Below, one piece after another: positions 25,586 to 37,094 of a DNA stretch of 64,000 bases (the stretch's first letter is position 1; each line of letters opens with the position of its first letter). The notes under the pieces were generated by a model that saw only the letters and a program-made list of their open reading frames with translations, searched no databases and had not been told where the DNA came from. The stretch is from Podarcis filfolensis (lineage: Eukaryota): NCBI GenBank assembly GCA_964270895.1, contig OZ185436.1; one strand, written 5' to 3'. The position numbers and the translations under genes were made by a program.

Positions 25586-28551
25586 TACTGGTGTAGGAAA
25601 AAACATGCTCAGTTTCGTACACCAATGAAAACCATGTTCATTAATAGGTGTGGAGTCTCAGGTGTCTACTTTGTTTTTTTTGGTTTTGTTTTTTATACCG
25701 GGGGAAAAATAAAGAAGCATTGTTTGAGTCTGGTTTGTCCCTAGGCAAATAGATTTTTCTCATATTGAGGAGCCCCTGTGCTTGTTGAGTAGTTGTAGCT
25801 CCAACTGCCTGGCAGGCATAGAGCCAAGCCTATGCCACCCTTCTTCAGCTCAGAGTCACCCATTACCTTTTCTCATTAGTCAGTGGCCCTCCATAGAAAA
25901 ATGTTCCTCGTGCCTGGCATACACCTGTGTAAGAACGCGCATGTATCTGTTTTGCTAAATATGCACTTGGAAAGCTGCATTTTCCAAATGTAGTGCACTT
26001 TCCTCATCAGAATACACATGTATCACCTTCACGGAGCATATTGTACACTAATGTATGTTGGTTTTGCTATACCAGTGCTTGCCTATGTGGGAAACATCAT
26101 GTGTGAAATGGAGACCCTGCCTGAAACAACCCGATCCAGTCAAACTCAGCATGAAACTGAACACATTTAATAAAAGTTTAACCTGCTTTTTATGAGAATC
26201 TCCTCACCAAGCAGAGAACTGCGTACAGTAGTAATATAGACACAATATTTAAACTTTAAACACCCCAAATCCTAAGAAACAGCCAGCATTAATGTGCAAG
26301 AGTCCTTTGCAAAAATAGTAATAATAATAACAACTCCTGGACCCTAACCATAGAGTGAAGCTGTGTATGCTAGATCACTGACCCATTCACATCTCTGCTA
26401 CTTGTCACTTGTAATAAATGAGATTATCAGATGTGTGTTGTGTCACTGATCTACTGATTAGCTGCCAGGCAGTCAGCTGATTAGCAAGGGGAATTGCTGC
26501 AGTCTGCAAAGTAAAAAGACTAGAGAAGCAGCAAAATTGAGGTGCAGTAGCCAAGAGTATTTAAATAGCTTTTAATTCCAATCCTATGCACAGTCTAAAT
26601 AAATCTAAATGTACGTAAGTCCTGCTAGCTTCTGTGCTTTAAGCGTATAACTCCCTCCAGATTATTTCTGGTGTTTATATATTCAGAATGAAGATTGTTC
26701 TATCCAATGGAAGGCTGCCCAGACAAAGTCAACACTTGTCCTGGAAAGCTGGCGATACTATTCCCTCATCTTAGCCCAGAGCTACTCAGCTGATTTTGTT
26801 TCATCAGAAAGCCTTTCCCTCTCAGTTCAAATGCCACAGCTACTTGGCTGATTCCAGATTCTGAACTGCTAAAAACTCATCAGGTGGTAGCTTCATATTT
26901 ACAAATAAGCAAGGACTTTTACTATAACAAAATTAACCTAGAAGTGCCACTCCTTTTAGTGGGGGTAGGTAATGTGTTGATTTTGTAACATGAGAGTTGC
27001 CTTTATAAAAGTGGTGCTCTCTTACAGAGCTGTATTTTGCCCCTGCCAGGCATGTGAGCAGGTTTCATATAGGCTACTTTTCAGCTAGGATTGCTATGTG
27101 CTTTCTAGAAGTGCCTTCGTGTATTGATGTTGTTAGTAGCATAATCCAGCAGTTGTCACTACAGTCTTTATGGCATGTGCTTTCAACTTCATTTTGTGTG
27201 TTAACTCATCTACTGAGCAAAACTTTTGCTCTGCATGATATCTATTGCTTGTTGTTTGGGTGAGTGAGAAAAAAAACTCAAGAATCAGGACTCCCTTGAT
27301 TCAAGGGTCAAATAGTGCTAGAATTGCACAGTATTGGCTCTTTACATTATGATGGGGGATACTAATTTGCTCACAGATAAATGGATGTGTGTCCCAATTT
27401 TTATAATTACTTTCACTTGAATAATAGGATCTTGGTTAATGTGTAATAAGTGCATACACTTGTTACAAATCAGCCCTATTATGTGTCTTCTATTTCAAAT
27501 TCTTCACCTTCAGATTGATCAGAACAATAATGGCCTGGCTCGTATGTAGTACTCAGCCAGGGTTATTATACCATGGTTTGTTTTGATTTTCTAACTCACG
27601 CCTAGCTGTTTAACTATGGTTTGTTAAGCACAAACAAACAATGATAATAAGTCATGGTTTATTGTTGGCATACAATTTCTGGCTTCTTTTATCTGTGGCT
27701 TATCATTATATGTAAACTGTGTGGCGTGTTCAGCCATTGCACTCAAGTTGCTCGCCGAGCTGCAGATTTGCAAGGAAGAAAGGAATGGAAAACTTAACCA
27801 CTCCCAAGATGAAGCTGCTCTCTGTAGTGCTTTGCCTGAAGAAGACTTTACTCCGAACTCTGCCTAACAACAGTTGCTTTTCCCTGCTCCACTTCTCCAT
27901 GACAAGCTCTTTCCCGCAAGGCAGACAGTTTCATATTGTGGTGCAAAGGGACCTCTGTCCAGCTAGCATCTATAAAAGGATGAATAAGAAAGCAGCAGTG
28001 CACAATGGAACCGTGCATAATGATAGTTAGCCAAAAGTACTTTTATTAAAAGCTGCTTAGAGGGAAATGAAGCAATAGCTTTTGGGGTGGGGGTAATTAA
28101 TAATGCAGTCATTAAAACATTTAAAACTACTAAGGTTTAAAACATTTGTACTTCTGAAAGTAGCACCATGAAATCCTAGCAGGGTAAGAATAATTTCAAT
28201 CAGCACCAAAGCCTGACACCTCCCCCCACCCTTCATACCCTGTTGATTACACTTTGCAACTTAAGGATAATTAGCATCTTTTTTTCAAGAACTTAGAGAA
28301 CAATTCACTTGGTGCAGGGATGTCTGTTATCTGACAATCCCTCATCTGATGTTGGGGTGAGCTTTCATTTGTTTCTGGTTTTCTCAAACAGTGTTTCTAT
28401 GCCACTGGTAGGGTTTTTTTGTTTTTGTTGTTTTACACACACACACTCAAGGGAACCCCAAGGACACATCAGTGAATCTCAGCTATGGCTTGTAAATACC
28501 ATGAGTTGCAGACACTCTCCACGATGGATGAAGAAACCCAGTCCCTTACAC

Positions 28552-28622
28552 CAGTGTTCCCCAACCTTGGGTCTCCAGCTGTTTTTCGACTACAGTTCCC
28601 ATCATTCCTGACCACTGGTCTG
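28552..28622. mobile_element. Left half of a palindromic hAT MITE
   Basis: CAGTGTTCCCCAACCTT...GACTACAGTTCCCATCATTCCTGACCACTGGTC, similar to 23667 and 43044. Confidence 0.55.
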
Positions 28623-31600
28623 TCCTCTGGCCAGACAAGGCAGACCCATTTTCCCACCCTTGGATTCTCTGGCCAAGGAGAGCTACCAATTCTGCATAGA
28701 CCAACACTGCCTAACACTCCTGTCCCTCGGCATTTACAGCTCCAAGCCTTGTGCTTGTACGGTTAAAAGCAGTCCAGGTTCCCCTGGATCCTGGCTTTTC
28801 CATGCAAAGTGGACAAAGCTGCTTGGGTTGACCACGTATAGGGTGACAACATGTCTGCAGCACAAGGTTAGTCCAAGCTCTATCTCTGAGGAGATGAAGA
28901 TAATACCATCAGAAGAGCAACCATCAAACAACACCATGGTTTATCAAAGGGCTCTACCACCAATAGGGTCTACAGTGTTGCTCCAGAATGAAGACTTCAG
29001 CATTCTTCTATCTTAAAAGTATGAAGAGGAAAAGTGAGATCCATAGCAGACTCAGGAGGAACATCAGCATATTTTGCTGGACTTGGTATCGGGAAGAGAG
29101 TTCAAGAAGGCAACCCACTGGAAGTACCTTACCTACAATGTGTTGGCACTTAGGATGCTGTCAGATAAGACCAACATTGGAGAACAGATGGTTGACTCAG
29201 CAAAACTTGACATCCAGCAGGCCTTGACAGACAAACCCCTTCCTCCACCTTTGGATTTGAACAGAGAGCCATTCCTGCTTTGGAGCATACTCTCTCTAGG
29301 GATCTCTCTCAAGGTAAGCTTACTTCATTCCCAATCTAAAGTCATCTTTGGGATGCTGACTGCCAGAGAAGAACTTACCATCATCTCTGAAGCACCCTCG
29401 GTTCTAATTATTTAATTATCCTCTTTCTTACAGGATCTTTAGGTATCACAGATGAACAAGAAGAACCTGAGAAGTGCACTGTCCTTGAGAAACATGCTGA
29501 AGTAGAGCTAGCGCTAGTCATGCGAAGGAGGCCCACTGACCTAGGTCAGCTAGGCTTAGGAACAGGAGGAAGGTGGATCAGCAGCAGCTTGCCAAGAATT
29601 TAGTTAAGACCACTAAGGACACTGGAAATAGAATTGCATAAACTTTTTATGGGCTTGATGACCAAAAACCTCAACAGAGATTTCAAAACTGTCAAGTTTT
29701 GTCATAGTACGCATGTGAACACATGGCTGAAACCATGGCATCAGCTGTGAGAGAATCTGATGCTGTCTTCAAGAGGTACATGGTACAGAGAGCAGCCTTA
29801 AGACTGTATAAAGGTATGCTTCCGTTGTGGAGTGCAGTGTGGGTTACATGACATAGCACTACATGCAAGTTAGCTACCACCTCACCCAAATCCCATTCTT
29901 CAGTTTCAGCAGCATCCTCTTACCACCATTAATCTCTCTCGGAACCTTGCAAAGTTGTAAATGTGGAATATTCACCATAGGAACAACTCACTTTTCATTG
30001 CGTTTGCTTTGTATTACAAGCTTAGTATGGAACAGCACTACTTGTTACTGTTTGAAAGTCAGGTTAAGGAACTATTTAAGTAAAGATCGTGCAAAGTGTG
30101 GTTGGGGTTACTTCCCTAACAGTAATATAAAAGCACATTGCAGAAAAATGCTTAATTCTTTAAGTGAGCCATTATTGAAAGTTATCTCCTTTAAATTAGC
30201 AGGTTTAATATTTACTTTTCTGTAACTGCACTGGTTTGTAATATCTACTGCTGAAAAGACAGTGGTTTAAGATGCTTACTTCTTTAAATGTATAGGGGTA
30301 ATTAGAAGTTTGCTCTTCAAAATAGTTTTATACTGAAAAATATGTACTTTGGTACTTACTCTACCTTTACTGTTTAAACATGATGAGACCAAAAACATGT
30401 ATGCAGTCATGTTAATGTGTTTTCTCTCTGTCTGTGGGGTGGGGACATTGATCAAGGGTGAGGAGAAGCAACCAGAGGTGGTGATGCCCACAGCTGACTC
30501 TCAAAATTCCCAGTGTGCCCTTGGGCTCAAAAATGTTAGCAGCATTTGGCCTTTGGGAAGCAGGCATAGCCACGTTGCCTAGCTTTGTTTGTTCTCAGTA
30601 ACTGTTGTATTGTAGTGAAATCTGGTTGGTTGGATGATGACAGCACTGTTACTAGGATAAGAGTCTGTTTCGAACATCAGTATGTGCAAGCTGTTTGACG
30701 TTTCTGTTATTTCTGTCTCTCATTGTGGCTCAGCTTTCATGGCAAACAGGGAATGAACCGTTCTCAATTCATACCAGTGATGTCATTCAGACCTTGGGAA
30801 GCAATTTCCTGCTTTGGAGTAGTTTCACTATGTTGGCTCTTCTTCTGGTTACTGAAGTGTTAGGGACTTGCTTTGAAATTTCTCCTGTGACCAACTGCTG
30901 TGGAGTGTTCCGAAAAAACATTTTCTTTTTTCCAAGCTGGTTACCATCAAAGGCCCATTTTAAAACTGAGCTTTGAGAAAGGATCCATACAAACTGCCTA
31001 CATGCAATCTTAGCAGTTAAAGAAGACCTTTCATTTCTTTTTCTCTCTGTGTATTCATTTTCCCAAAAGGATTCTTTCCCTTCTGCCCTGTTCCCTCAAG
31101 CATAATGTTTTATCTTCTTGCAATTCTCCTTTTTATTTCTAATTTGCATATGAATATGAGTAAGGGCTAGTTTATACAGACCTTTCCTAGCTAATTAATA
31201 TTTCTGATCTCCATTGTGGAGGTTTGGAAGCACTATTTCAGCTCACATTTGTAATTTGGAACAATTGCTTCCCTGCAGCCAGAATTTCAACACCAGAAAT
31301 CCCATGAGATACCAGAAACTTCTTTTTTTCACTCTCTCGGAGAAACACTGTGCATCAGATATAGACAGTTTCATGAAAGGCTGTTAAACTGGTTTTCAGT
31401 ATGGTTTCTTTCTAAGCATTTTCAAATGATGACAGAGAAGTTTTTCTTTCATAATAATTTTCAGCCAATTAATATTTATACTGTTGAGCTACTTCAGGTT
31501 ATAATAACACTATTCATGAATGAGGTGGTGATATCTACAGTAGTTCATTGAATGGCCAATTTGGTAGTCCAGTCTTTTGTTGAGCATCCCATAGAAACTT

Positions 31601-32469
31601 GTACTCAAGCAACGTCTTTATAATGGAAATTGGATCAAATTATCATAGTCTCAAATTAAACAAATTGATCTTGGAGGTTTTTTAAAAAAATATCAGGGTG
31701 ATGAAGGAAAAACAAGTAGAGACGACATGGATTGGTCTCCATCTATGGAGGATGGAGGGTTCAAAGGATTCAATCCAACTGACTGATCTTTAAATGCTTT
31801 CCTCATTTTCCCCCTAATGCTTTCTTAATTCTTTTTTTTAGGCCTTCGCCACAACAAAATATGCAAAAACAAACAAACAAACCCAAACCCTTCTGTTAAA
31901 AGCAAAGTAAAATTAACGCTGAATTTATATTTTATTTTGTGATTTATAATATGCTGCTTTATTGTGTATTGTTGTAACTTCATAGTTTATTGTCTATTAG
32001 CCAGCTTGGGCACTGAAGATGTGTAGGTAGAATACAAAAATATTATATTAAATAACATACCACTTAAGGCACCTGAACAGCCTGTATACTAGGCTTCATT
32101 CCTAAACCCTATCTTGGTTTTCAGTTATCCGTGTGGCCGATATAGGCAGAAGTTCAGGCTGTGCAGCTCATGCAGCCACTTTCCTGCAACCACTAAGGTA
32201 GTGCCTTTGAGAAAAATGACCTGTGCCATGACTAAAGAGTATAGGAAGACATCCTTTGGATAAGCAGTTACCCTTTGGATAGGCTAGAACTATTCATTTC
32301 TGCTTTACAATCTGCACCAGTTATCATTAGTAATTTAATTGTTGATGAGTTGAATGGTTCTTTGAGCTTTGGCATCTCCTAACTAGTTTTGTTTCCAGAA
32401 GATTTTCTAGATACTGGTAGTTAATCATTAGGAAGACTTAACTGTTGTTTGTTTTAATTTCCTATGAAG

Positions 32470-32645
32470 GTGGCTGCAATTAACCCTAACCATCCACTGG
32501 CTCAGATGCCCTTGCCTCCTTCAATGAAAAATTGCATTCAACTGGCAGCATGTGAAGCCAGTGAGTTGTTACCGATGATCCCTGACCTGCCAGCTGACCT
32601 GTTCACATCCTGTCTTACTACACCAATCAAGATTGCACTGAGATG
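32470..32645 (+). CDS. RPTOR: Raptor coding exon (exon 6 equivalent), 176 bp: [58 protein letters not shown](W)
   Basis: Raptor sequence in frame. Acceptor CCTATGAAG|, branch-like CTTAAC about 28 nt upstream, donor TG|GTGAGT. Confidence 0.98.
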
Positions 32646-33934
32646 GTGAGTGACTTGCCTGCTATTTGGAGGAATATTGCATGTTCTATGAGCCTTGCCT
32701 GTTGGACTGATAGACTTGTTGACCCAAATACTTCAACTGCTTTAAAATATCTCTGCAGTACTAAATTAGAAGGATTGAGGTGTTCATCTGGGAGAGTATC
32801 TTATTAAGCATACTTTCACCTTCTTGGCTTTGATTATCCTTCTGTTTATTACGTTTTGGATTCTAGCTGGATATTTGGGTTTGCTCAGATTAAGGGACTT
32901 ACTGTGCTGGAAATTAAAATAGTCTGCCTTTTCACAAATCAGAAATACCATATGGTACAACACAATGTTATATCAGTAGACCATTTTCCAGACAAGCTAT
33001 AGTGCTGATCCTCAAGTTCTTCCACTTGTGCATATTTCGTTTATTCCACAGGAGGTTTTCAGTGGTACTACGCTTTGAGGATTGGGGTGTAAAACCCATA
33101 TGTTACAAAAATGCTTCAAATAAGCTAGTTAAGCAATAGCATGGAGTACAAAAATTCGCAGGCATAAACAAAAGAGAAGATGATTTGAAGTGATGTGGCC
33201 TTCTGCTGAGGCGGAGAGAGATGAAAGCATATTCTAAGAAGTTTACACTACCAAAACAAGTGGAACACCAGATACCTAATAGCTCTGATGCACAAACAAG
33301 TTTAAAGCTTTAGTAAATAGAAAGAGTGTCCAGTGCTTTTCTTTTCCTCTTTCTGTTTTTCATGTCACCCCGCAGAATTAAGATTCTTTTGTCAGCTCTT
33401 CTGCTTTTGCAGTATTTGTGAAATTATTGCAGTTGAGTTGCAGTGTCAGTTTTGTATGCATATCCTGGCTTTCCACTCTGAACAGCTTTGCACTTTACAT
33501 GACAAACCCAATTGCTTTTGGTAGCAAACTTTTAAAAGTGTGGACAACAGCATGCATGTATTTTTAAATAGTTGTGGGGAGCTCTGGTCCAGTCAGGATT
33601 CCCAGATGGCTATATTTAAGGTGAAGGTATGCCATCCACACTTAGCATATTTTCTCAGGAAATGGTGATGTAGTGCTGGTGAGCATAGAGCAATCAGGTG
33701 TGCTGTGGGGAACAGCCCTTTGGTGAAATCTGCAATGTCTATTTTCCTTAGCTGTGAAAGTCCCACATGGTAAGTTGCCAGTCTGCTATAAACAGAAGTT
33801 AAAAGCCTTATGCTGCTATGTCTTTATGTTCACTGAACTCAAAATAATTACTGTGAAGTGGTCTTAAATTCATTTGGATTTTTTTTGGGGGGGAAGTAGT
33901 TTGAGGATTAGAATGTTAAGGATGTTGAGGTCCT

Positions 33935-34009
33935 AAACACTTTTTAATGCTGATGTTTTTATTATGTTTTTAATTATGCTGTAAGCCTCCCAGAGTAGCT
34001 GGGGAAACC

Positions 34010-34053
<44 letters not shown>
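33935..34053 (+). mobile_element. Short CR1/L2-group LINE 3' end with (TAA)14 tail
   Basis: GTAAGCCTCCCAGAGTAGCTGGGGAAACC matches the 37013 tail; microsatellite at 34010-34051. Confidence 0.75.
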
Positions 34054-34055
<2 letters not shown>

Positions 34056-35944
34056 ATTTATTAAAAGAAACCAGTGCTTAGTTGACAAGTCCCAAGAAGA
34101 AATGTCAGAGTGTAGCTCGTTCACATGAATTAGTGTATAAACTAGCCAATGTGATGTATGTGCTGTTTTCACCATCGGTGTCAATCGTCCTATCATCTTA
34201 CATTTCTGTCCTGACTTCTCCAAAAATTGTTTTTGAGGTCTCAGCATTCAAAATGTAGAAATCCATTTATAATACCTGAATAGGGTGGTTGCATGGTATA
34301 TAATATATAGGCCAGGGTTTTCTTTCATGCTTTCCTATTGCTTTCCTACAATAGACCCTGATAATTTTTATGAAGCCATTCAAAATGTTAACACAATTCA
34401 TATAATAGATATGTGTTAGTCATTGTTCATTATATTAATATTTTATATCAGAAGCTACTAGCTTCAATTACTTGATATTACTTCCCATATGATGCTGTGG
34501 TGCCTCTGAGTACCAGGTGCGGGGGTTTTGAGTGGGATAATGCTATTTTACTTATGTCCTGCTTTTGGACTTCCCATTGGTATCTAGTTGGCCATTGTTA
34601 GAACAGAATGCTAGACTAGATGGGACTTCTGTTCCGATTTAGCGAGTTTTTATAATATTTTAATAACAGAACAGTAAACCAGTTGTTTGCTTTTACTTAA
34701 CCTGTTCAGTAGGAGGTGATTGTAGAGTGGATTGATAGACTATTACCAGCAAACGCTTTTGTCATTTTTACCATATTAACAATTCCTTGAGATAGTTGCT
34801 CAGTATCAGTCACTTTTTTGCAAGACTGTTTTTATACACCCCATCCCAGAGAGGGAAATAAACAAGGAACAATAAAATGGGTCTGTGCTTATAAGGAAAT
34901 CATATATACAGTATTTTTTTTTTTTTTGAAAAGCAATTCTAGAGAGACCTTTTAAGTTATATGATTGATGTATGGGAAATTTTTCTTTTCTGTGAGGAAG
35001 TTCTTTGTATAAAGAAGGAAGGAAATTCATGGCTATATTTCTGTGGAACTCAAATAGGATGAATAAAAACCCATCTGGATTTTCTTTCCTCCAAAACCCA
35101 TATAATTATCTCAAGACTTTTAGTGCACCAAATTAAGCATAAGTACAAATACAGTTCAGCAAAACCTTTGTCCCTGGTAGAAATCTGTATTTAGTGGCTT
35201 CAGTTTAGAAAAATAAATATCAATCTATATCCAAAGATGTGGCATAAATGAAATAGTGCCATAATGTTTTTAAGAAGGGATACTTCTGTGGTAGCCTTGA
35301 GTCTGAGAAATGGATTTGCATTTATTATAAATTCATGTGATTTTGTGATTGTTTCTTTGATTCTATGGCGGGGTTGATAAGGGGTTTGGGTTTGTATCAT
35401 CTGAAAGATAACACCTCTAGCATCTCAGTGCCTTCAGCAACATTCTAGTACGACATGAGGTAGTCTTATGGAATGTTTTGTTCCTTTTCTGTGTCTTGTT
35501 TTGTGGTACAACCTTAATGATATTTATATAACTTCAATTTGCTTTGACATCATTCAGTGAATGAAGAGTGAGCAAATAATACTGTGTTATACACGAGAGC
35601 CTGAGTCAATACAGCACAGCAAATAAACCATGACAATTTTTAAGCCTAGTTACCATATTCATTGTTTCTAAGTCTGCAGCTTGTTTGAGCACATTTCTGC
35701 AGCTCAAGGAATACATTGGGGAGTTAGATTGTAGCTGGATTCTGCAATATTCAAAACACCCTTAAAGTCTTTGCTTATTTTTCCTGATTTATTATGGATA
35801 TTGGAGCATTTTGCTTTGTATTCAATATGTGTGCAAAATCAGTGGTTGTTACATGTTATTGAGGAAGGTAAGGGGGGGTATGTCATAAATTAATTAATTT
35901 TTATCCAACCATACTTTTCTGTTAGTGCAATATATTTCTGCTTG

Positions 35945-36110
35945 CAGAATTGAAGTTTTTCCTCTTCTCCTTTCCCCTGTAGCTCCCTGCATGCCATCAA
36001 AATCAGTTCTGGAGGATTAGCAGACCCTCTGGAGCAGATTTGGGAGGGGTACGGAGGAGTGGAAAGGAAAGTCTCATTGTGCAAATGGACTTCTGCCCAC
36101 AGAGCATTGG
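35945..36110. mobile_element. Old, loosely palindromic repeat; probable relatives at ~3780-3920 and ~60520-60630
   Basis: AATCAGTTCTGGAGG / CCTCTGGAGCAGATT imperfect inverted arms; shared TCTGGAGGA core. Confidence 0.35.
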
Positions 36111-36367
36111 CTACAACTCACAATGTTTAAGTGAATAAATGAATCTCCCTTTGTTTCTTTGATGCAACAGATACTGCTTTTCTTTATCCGCTACATTTGT
36201 CTCTTGCCCTTCCTTCAAAAAATTCAAGTCCTGGTACTTGCTCTTCCCTTCCCTATTTTGACCTTTGAGCAGCTTAGGCTGGGAGAGAGTGACTTTGTCC
36301 TTGTCTTATAAGAGGACCCACCAAGAGCATTTTGCTTTGTTTAAGGGAAGTCTGCTGACTTCCTCCC

Positions 36368-37094
36368 TCCCAATATGTTTCTGAGCACAATTCAAATTGT
36401 TGGTGCTGACCTTTAAGGCCCTAAACCAGGGGTCAGCAACCTTTTTCAACTGTGGGCCGGTCCACCGTCCCTCAGACCATGTGGTGGGCTGGACTGTATT
36501 TGGGGGGGGGCAGATGAACAAATTCCTATGCCCCACAAATAACCCAGAGATGCATTTTAAATAAAAGCACACATTCTACTCATGTAAAAACACCAGGCAG
36601 GCCCCACAAATAACCCAGAAATGCATTTTAAATAAAAGGACACATTCTACTCATGTAAAAATACGCTGGTTCCTGGACCGTCTGTGGGCCGGATTGAGAA
36701 GGCATTGGGCCGCATCCAGCCCATGGGCCTTAGGTTGTCTACCCCTGCCCTAAACGGCTTTGGTCCTATATATCTGAAGGAGTGTCTCCACCCACATTGT
36801 TCAGCCCAGACACTGAGGTCCACCTCCAAGGGCCTTCTGGCGGTTCCCTCACTGCGAGAAGGGAAGTTACAGGGGACCAGCAGAGGGCCTTCTCAGTAGT
36901 GGTGCCTGCCCTGTGGAACGCCCTCCCATCAGATGTCAAGGAAATAAACAACTATCTGACTTTTAGAAGACATCTGAAGGCAGCCTTGTTTATTGTATTT
37001 TTAATATTTTGTTGGAAGCCGCACAGAGTGGCTGGGGAAACCCAGCCAGATGGGTGGGATATAAATCATCATCATCATCGTCGTCATCATCATC
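36368..37094 (+). mobile_element. L2/CR1-group LINE 3' fragment (RT C-terminus plus 3' UTR plus (CAT)n tail), split by a hAT MITE
   Basis: After removing 36427-36755 it reads AQFKLLVLTFKALNGFGPIYLKECL...RAFSVVVPALWNALPSDVKEINNYLTFRRHLKAALF. Confidence 0.9.
36427..36747. mobile_element. hAT MITE, 321 bp, nested in the LINE
   Basis: CAGGGGTCAGCAAC...GTTGTCTACCCCTG TIRs; perfect 8-bp TSD CCCTAAAC (36419-36426, 36748-36755). Confidence 0.93.
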
